Below are positions 58,172 to 64,000 of a DNA stretch of 64,000 nt, in pieces. The DNA comes from a virus. A program made the position numbers and the translations under genes. The notes beneath the pieces are model-generated. The model was given only the letters and a program-made list of their open reading frames with translations, was not told the DNA's origin and did not search any database. The stretch covers positions 10,198 to 74,197 of IMG/VR virus record IMGVR_UViG_3300042887_001883. One strand, given 5' to 3'. Every line of letters begins with the position of its first letter. The first letter of the stretch is position 1.

Positions 58172-59416
58172 TTAACCTAATCTTACAATATATTTAAATG
58201 TTGATGATGTATTCAACTGTGTTTTTGATGACGATGCTGAATCCCACACCACATAATTACCATATTTTAAGGTATCATATGCTAATTTATCGTCAGGCGC
58301 AGTCGTATCAATAGTATCCTGTTTAGGTAGTACAATATCAATAGTATCCAATGCTTTACCCAATCCAATCATATATATTGGACATTTTGTGGATACATCA
58401 CCACCAATATCATAATATAAAGGGTCGTATTTATCCGGGTCATTGTCTACTTTTACCAATTTATTATGAATCCCTACTCTTGCACAAACAATAGCAGGAG
58501 TAAAATTATAATTCATTGTTTTTTTAGGAATCGTCATACCAGATGGTGACAAGACAGAATTAATATATTGGCTTTTTAATTGGAATATATTTTTTGCGGG
58601 AGGATATGATGATGGTTTTGTAGCTGTTCCAATATAGGCACTATCATCAAACCATACCAAATCGGTAGTATGTTTAATATCATATGTTCTAGGTGTTGAA
58701 ATATTAGTAGCACCATTCATCGATAAGAATACCCATTTTGGATATTGATTCGATTGCAAATATGAACCAACACTTACCCCCTCATATTCAAATACATATG
58801 GGTCAAAATCTACTATACCCAGCCCAGGAGTCCAACCATATTTGTTACTATTAACACTAGATATTAATAAATGTGATTCATCTGCGGATATGAATAATAT
58901 TCCACCGGCAACATATATTACTGGTTGAATAAAATTCTTATCTGCAAATCCATATGAACTATTTAATTTACCATCAGATGTTTTTTCATAGGCTTTAATA
59001 GATACGGTAGAAGCTATTTTATCAACAGCAATAGCACCCGTACCGAAAAGTAATGGTGATGTTAAACCAATAACTAAATTTTTTCCATTAGAACCACTTA
59101 TATAGAATTCAACATCAGTACTAGTTAATCCAGTAGTTTCTGTCCACCCAGGAAAGGTTTTAACATAACTATTTGCCGGAATAATTTGGTCGGCTAACGG
59201 TGGATTAGAAATCGTATTTGAGGTAGTCTTTAAAGTATAAGTTTTATCACATATATCTGATAATTGTGATGTCATCTCATCGTGAAAGATGGTATTAAAA
59301 TATCCATCAGCATCAAATGTCCCTGCAGAATATGTTAGTATCATCTTTAAATCTGCTAAAACTTTTTTTACATCAGAAGCAGTTGTTAATTGATTGTATT
59401 TGTAGGCAATATACAT
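58172..59416 (-). CDS. Putative virion protein, MY(I/T)xY family member 1
   Basis: MYIAYKY; GGILFISADESHLLISSVN; GGDVS..IY..DTID..YVVW. Confidence 0.6.
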   Translation of the reverse strand: MYIAYKYNQLTTASDVKKVLADLKMILTYSAGTFDADGYFNTIFHDEMTSQLSDICDKTYTLKTTSNTISNPPLADQIIPANSYVKTFPGWTETTGLTSTDVEFYISGSNGKNLVIGLTSPLLFGTGAIAVDKIASTVSIKAYEKTSDGKLNSSYGFADKNFIQPVIYVAGGILFISADESHLLISSVNSNKYGWTPGLGIVDFDPYVFEYEGVSVGSYLQSNQYPKWVFLSMNGATNISTPRTYDIKHTTDLVWFDDSAYIGTATKPSSYPPAKNIFQLKSQYINSVLSPSGMTIPKKTMNYNFTPAIVCARVGIHNKLVKVDNDPDKYDPLYYDIGGDVSTKCPIYMIGLGKALDTIDIVLPKQDTIDTTAPDDKLAYDTLKYGNYVVWDSASSSKTQLNTSSTFKYIVRLG

Positions 59417-59428
59417 ATGTTTGTTTCT

Positions 59429-60232
59429 CTATAGTTTAATTGGTGTAATGACATTATTTTTAAATTCTACCACGTCAACAGCAACAGTATTAATAAAAGT
59501 TGTTGTATCTTGCATAGCATCATTTAACAATAATAACAAATCATGATAGGATATTTTTGCATCATTACCAGTTCCTATTTTGGGTGTCGTTATATTTATA
59601 GTTTTTATATCGTCACCTAATTTTACATCAAAGGTATATGTTTTATCGTTATCTAATCCAGTATCTTCAGAATCATAATTTTTACTAACATCCACATATT
59701 GAACCCCCGAAAATGCACTTTTTGATATTCCCGAAAATAAAGCAATTTCATCAAATGTAAAAACTGGACCAGTGGTGAATTGATTATTAGGTTCATTATT
59801 ATTTAAAATTACATTAATAAAAACTGTGGTTTTGGTACCATCTTCTACACTAACAACTCCAGGACCATTAATATCATTTGGCATGCTGCTGGGGTCTGAG
59901 GTATAATCAGCTTTAGAACCCTTACTAACTGAGGTTGGTACATAATCATCTAAATATTCACGATATATTTCATGATATAAATCAGATTTCCATCCATAAT
60001 AATCTGGAACTATCCCATCATTAGGTGTTTTATGAACAACAGTACCTTCAACATTTTTATATGTTCCCAAATCACCAAATTTTATACTGTTAATCCAATA
60101 ATTTGATTCGTGTGCTAACCCTCTAGCAATCATTCTAGCCATATTACCAGGATGGATATCATTACATTGGTCTAAAATTATAGTACCATTTTCATCTTTT
60201 ATTATACAACGACCTTTAATTTTTAAACCCAT
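59429..60232 (-). CDS. Structural protein, N-terminal part only of the 60242/62518 paralog family
   Basis: IKGRCII.D..G..ILDQ.NDIHP.NMAR, FDEIALFS; lacks the RLLTHLIF C-terminus. Confidence 0.75.
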   Translation of the reverse strand: MGLKIKGRCIIKDENGTIILDQCNDIHPGNMARMIARGLAHESNYWINSIKFGDLGTYKNVEGTVVHKTPNDGIVPDYYGWKSDLYHEIYREYLDDYVPTSVSKGSKADYTSDPSSMPNDINGPGVVSVEDGTKTTVFINVILNNNEPNNQFTTGPVFTFDEIALFSGISKSAFSGVQYVDVSKNYDSEDTGLDNDKTYTFDVKLGDDIKTINITTPKIGTGNDAKISYHDLLLLLNDAMQDTTTFINTVAVDVVEFKNNVITPIKL

Positions 60233-60241
60233 AATTATATC

Positions 60242-62521
60242 CTATGGAATGGCGTTTATAGCATCATACACTAATGATGCATCAGTTATAGGAGTTGATA
60301 CCCTACCCCCGGTTCTAACAGCCATATTAACGTAAGATTGGTCTGCATTATTTTTTATGTTGGATGTAGTTAATAACAATACCCGTATGTTTTTATTGTA
60401 ATAGTTTTGAGTAATGGCTTTCATAACCGTAATATCTGCTAAAGTATTGGCATCATCAGTACCACTTGCAGTAGCATCTGTAATTAAAACTACCATTTTT
60501 GCAACATTATCTCGCCACGTTCCAGCAAAATCATTATACGTTTTATCTAATGCAATATCCCCTGGCTCTGGTCCACCAGCTCCATAACCAATAACAAAAG
60601 TAGATTTATTAATTTTGTTAAGTTGTGTTATGAAAGATGATTTGTTATTGGAGTCCATCATTTCCATAGCAGTAATAACTTGTACTCTACCACCTAATGC
60701 AGAACTACTATTAACATATTTTTGAGATGATGGTAATCCGGTATACTCAGGACTGCTTAGACATCCTGCACTTTTACCATAATCGAATGAAGTATATTCA
60801 TCAAATAATACTAATCCTAATCTATAGTTAATATTAGATTTACTAGAAATTAAATTAACAATATTCGAGATATTTGTTTTCACATTTTCAATAACACCAC
60901 CCATACTCGATGTATAATCTATAACAAATACGATATCGATACCTTCTTCTGTTAACACTGGATTCCCTGGTGAATCAGGAACTGCAGTAGTTGTGGTAGT
61001 AGGTGCCCGTGTAGTTGTTGTAGTTGGAGCCTTCGTAGTTGTGGTTGTTGGAGCCTTCGTAGTTGTTGTAGTGGTAGTTGGGGCCTTAGTGGTTGTTGTA
61101 GTCGGAGCTTTAGTAGTTGTTGTTACCGGAGCTTTTGTGGTCGTAGTTACTGGCTTTCTAGTGGTCGTAGTAGATGGTCCAACATATAAGGTAGTGGTAG
61201 TGACTGCCTTAGTGGTAGTCGTTGTCGATGCCTTAGTAGTTGTTGGAGCCTGTGTTGTCGTAGTTACTGGCTTTCTAGTAGTCGTAGTAGATGGTCCAAC
61301 ATATAAGGTAGTGGTAGTGACTGCCTTAGTGGTAGTCGTTGTCGATGCCTTGGTAGTTGTAGTTGTTGGAGCCTGTGTTGTCGTAGTTACTGGCTTTCTA
61401 GTAGTCGTAGTTGTGGGAGCTTTTGTTGTCGTAGTTGTTGGTGCTCTAGTGGTAGTAGTGGCATTAGGTGGCAATATAATATCAATAGCTACTTTTTCAT
61501 ATGTACGATTTACATATACTGTTAATGTATAAATGATATTAAAAATTCTATTAGCTGATTTTAACACTGGTGAAAAAATCAAATGTGTTAATAGTCTTTC
61601 TTGTTCTAAACTTCCATCACAATGATTATTCCTAAAACCCATATAACTACCATTAACTGGTTTCTCGATACTAACAAAACCAGGTATTTTGTCAAATATC
61701 CAAGTTACCGTTGGGGTGCCCTGCTTTATGATATTAATTTTAGATGCTTCACCTTCTTTACGACTTTCAATTTTTATGTTACCATATTCCAAAAATACAT
61801 TAACATTGTGAACCGCCATAGCCTGTTGAAAAGCTGTTAATAACCCGGTAAACGTAGAATCATTTGGTGAAAATTTTATAGAAATTGGTGCTTTGTCATC
61901 TATAGCTATAACAAAATCATATATTTTGACCGGTACACCTTTATCATCATTAGCATCTAATTTAATTATTTGATAACCATGTGTTGGTTTATTAGTCAAT
62001 CCACGAGAATATAAACCTATTTCGTCAAATATAAAGGTGTTATCATTTGTATTATAATCAGTTTTTAATTGTCCAGAAGGTTCACCTAAATCTAATCTAG
62101 CATGAACGACTACTTGCGAAATCCTATCCTTATCTACACTAGAACAACCTATGCCCGAATCAGTATGGTCGGTACTAATAAATTGTGGAATTATACTACC
62201 ATTTCCAGAACCATCAGCTACTTTTTCAGAATAGGTTTCATTATATAATTTCGATTGCCATTCGGCAGTATCTGGGGCTATACCATCATTAACTGGTCTT
62301 AATTTTAAATATGAAACACTAGCTTGTGTTTCATAATAAGTACCACCATTACCAAATGCGATACGGTCTATCCAAAAATTATCTTCATGTGCCAAAATTC
62401 TACCAATAATCCTAGACATATTACTAGGATGAATAGCATTTGTTTGGTTTAAATGTGTATTACCTAAATCATCGGTAATTAAACAATGTCCAGAAATAGT
62501 TATTGGTAATTTTTGTTTCAT
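60242..62521 (-). CDS. Structural protein + ~160-aa Thr-rich stalk + von Willebrand factor A domain
   Basis: NAIHPSNMSR..FDEIGLYS..RLLTHLIF; vWA DIVFVIDYTSSM (MIDAS DxTxS), GGPEP, WRDNVAKMVVLITDA. Confidence 0.8.
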   Translation of the reverse strand: MKQKLPITISGHCLITDDLGNTHLNQTNAIHPSNMSRIIGRILAHEDNFWIDRIAFGNGGTYYETQASVSYLKLRPVNDGIAPDTAEWQSKLYNETYSEKVADGSGNGSIIPQFISTDHTDSGIGCSSVDKDRISQVVVHARLDLGEPSGQLKTDYNTNDNTFIFDEIGLYSRGLTNKPTHGYQIIKLDANDDKGVPVKIYDFVIAIDDKAPISIKFSPNDSTFTGLLTAFQQAMAVHNVNVFLEYGNIKIESRKEGEASKINIIKQGTPTVTWIFDKIPGFVSIEKPVNGSYMGFRNNHCDGSLEQERLLTHLIFSPVLKSANRIFNIIYTLTVYVNRTYEKVAIDIILPPNATTTTRAPTTTTTKAPTTTTTRKPVTTTTQAPTTTTTKASTTTTTKAVTTTTLYVGPSTTTTRKPVTTTTQAPTTTKASTTTTTKAVTTTTLYVGPSTTTTRKPVTTTTKAPVTTTTKAPTTTTTKAPTTTTTTTKAPTTTTTKAPTTTTTRAPTTTTTAVPDSPGNPVLTEEGIDIVFVIDYTSSMGGVIENVKTNISNIVNLISSKSNINYRLGLVLFDEYTSFDYGKSAGCLSSPEYTGLPSSQKYVNSSSALGGRVQVITAMEMMDSNNKSSFITQLNKINKSTFVIGYGAGGPEPGDIALDKTYNDFAGTWRDNVAKMVVLITDATASGTDDANTLADITVMKAITQNYYNKNIRVLLLTTSNIKNNADQSYVNMAVRTGGRVSTPITDASLVYDAINAIP
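60985..61460. repeat. Thr-rich low-complexity tract with a ~120-bp internal direct duplication
   Basis: KASTTTTTKAVTTTTLYVGPSTTTTRKPVTTTT occurs twice with near-identical DNA. Confidence 0.85.
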
Positions 62522-63495
62522 GCTTGAACAACATTAATATTTAAAATGTAATCAACGGTGTAAATCCTATCATATGGTTTTGTGATAGGATTAAAGATTA
62601 AATGTGTAAGCATTCTTGAATATTCAGCATCCGGATTATTAGGATTATTCTGTAAACCAGAATCTTTACCATTAACAGCAGTATCTATTTTTTGATAAGT
62701 GGTGATATTTTTAAACAACCATAATGCATTATCAGAAGAATCTACAACTTCTATAGAGGATTGTGATGATGACGTTTTGCTAGTAAATTTAAGATATCCT
62801 TGTGACATAGATACAGTCATATAATTTTTTAAACCAGGAATATCATTAATATATGTTACTAATTTGGCAAATGATAATGTACTAAGGTCGGTACTAGGCA
62901 TATTTAATGTATAATCAAATTTGGTACCATCTACAAAAATAGAGAAAACATAATTGGTATCTTTTAATAATCCAGTATCAATAGTGATATTAGGAGTATT
63001 AAATACCACTGATTGATACCCACTAGTTGGGGAATCATCCGATACCCCAGAAGAAAATAATGCTATCTCGTCAAACGTATAAGAACTATCGGCAGGGATA
63101 CTATAACTCTGAGACAAATATTCATTAGATGGTTGGTTTTTATCCAAATATATTGTTACCACAGTCTGTGAATATGATGCTAATTCTTTACTAACTAATG
63201 TGGAATTATTTGTACCATCCAATATTTGTAAATAGGTTTCATTATATAACTTAGTTTTATAATTACTAATATTCGGGGATTTATATTTTATATTATTTGC
63301 AGGGTCAACAAACGTACCCCCATTCCCAATAGCGATTTTGTGTATAAAACTATTTTTCTCTTTTGATAATGCTCTTGAAAAAATACGAGATAAATTAATA
63401 GGGTGAATAGCATTTGTTTTATCTAAAATGATATTTCCCAAATCATCAGAAATTATACATCTACCAGTAACGGCAATAGGGATACGTTTTTGCAT
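62518..63495 (-). CDS. Structural protein, intact member of the IHP/FDEI/LTHLIF family
   Basis: NAIHPINLSR..FDEIALFS..RMLTHLIFNPITK. Confidence 0.75.
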   Translation of the reverse strand: MQKRIPIAVTGRCIISDDLGNIILDKTNAIHPINLSRIFSRALSKEKNSFIHKIAIGNGGTFVDPANNIKYKSPNISNYKTKLYNETYLQILDGTNNSTLVSKELASYSQTVVTIYLDKNQPSNEYLSQSYSIPADSSYTFDEIALFSSGVSDDSPTSGYQSVVFNTPNITIDTGLLKDTNYVFSIFVDGTKFDYTLNMPSTDLSTLSFAKLVTYINDIPGLKNYMTVSMSQGYLKFTSKTSSSQSSIEVVDSSDNALWLFKNITTYQKIDTAVNGKDSGLQNNPNNPDAEYSRMLTHLIFNPITKPYDRIYTVDYILNINVVQA

Positions 63496-63914
63496 TATTT
63501 ACTAACTCTAGCAAGTCCTGACATTGGTGTACTAAAATAAACATTAACTTGATTATTATTAATGCTGGTAATGTTATGTGGAGTAATACTTTCTAATACT
63601 CCGTTAAATTGTACCATAACTTCAATATTTACAAATTTGGTACCTAAATTATGGAGGATACTCCATTGATTACTAGTTGTTGGTTGATTATGTGTATATG
63701 CATCACTGGACGTTGAATTAACTACCACCGTACCGGAAATAGGTACTGAAAATGAAATATTTAAATTATTATTATCTACCAATTGAATTTGCTTAGGCAT
63801 TATTGCTGTTGTGACACCATTGTCATCCACCCAAACGTCAACTGCTGGTTGTGTTGTATTGAGGTTATGTGCTACTGCCCAAATACTGGATGGTGTTGAT
63901 TGATTAATCTCCAT
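63495..63914 (-). CDS. Small virion protein of two WxIxHNL beta domains
   Basis: NQSTPSSIWAVAHNL and NQPTTSNQWSILHNLG tandem repeats. Confidence 0.7.
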   Translation of the reverse strand: MEINQSTPSSIWAVAHNLNTTQPAVDVWVDDNGVTTAIMPKQIQLVDNNNLNISFSVPISGTVVVNSTSSDAYTHNQPTTSNQWSILHNLGTKFVNIEVMVQFNGVLESITPHNITSINNNQVNVYFSTPMSGLARVSK

Positions 63915-63961
63915 GAAAACCCCTATTAATTATTCATTATGTATTAAAAATTATACCACTA

Positions 63962-63980
63962 TATTTATATCATATTTATA
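63962..63980 (-). promoter_or_regulatory. Tandem TATAAATA late promoters for the 53.3-63.9 kb minus-strand operon
   Basis: TATTTATA at 63962-63969 and 63973-63980 on the + strand. Confidence 0.55.
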
Positions 63981-64000
63981 TTATAATAAAAAAGCCCACC

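Noticed and set aside
1-64000. Genome-wide stop-codon reassignment
   Set aside because: Core genes (terL, sheath, gp6, gp5) are full length in the standard code and TAA, TAG and TGA all end genes; only isolated in-frame junctions exist
63988-64000. Terminator at the window edge
   Set aside because: Only the A-tract and 5' arm (GCCCACC) are visible; cannot be confirmed

Overview
Very AT-rich, densely coding 64 kb segment of a large (probably jumbo) contractile-tailed dsDNA phage with T4-like morphogenesis genes. It holds the virion assembly region: gp5-like spike, gp25, gp6, GH24 lysozyme, gp13/gp14/gp15 neck proteins, divergent sheath (gp18) and tube (gp19), gp4, TerS, a multi-HNH/AP2 endonuclease and TerL. 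About half the window is a family of 16 fibre/appendage proteins sharing one N-terminal module (LxLYG..YG..L..N...LLENF...P..GQLWY). They are built from Ig-like repeats, Thr-rich linkers and different distal domains (TerD-like, DUF1566/Lcl C-type-lectin-like, Gly-rich, helical). The most unusual observations are: a structural paralog split in two by a ~5 kb four-gene cassette (53-60 kb); TerD-tipped fibres; a ~540-aa acidic helical insert in the spike; two candidate virion-packaged ADP-ribosyltransferases; a fibre gene broken by a single in-frame TAA; and small sigma70-driven units interleaved among NATAAATA-type late operons. All domain calls come from motif recognition by eye, not database searches. 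No tRNA, rRNA, CRISPR array or reverse transcriptase was seen.
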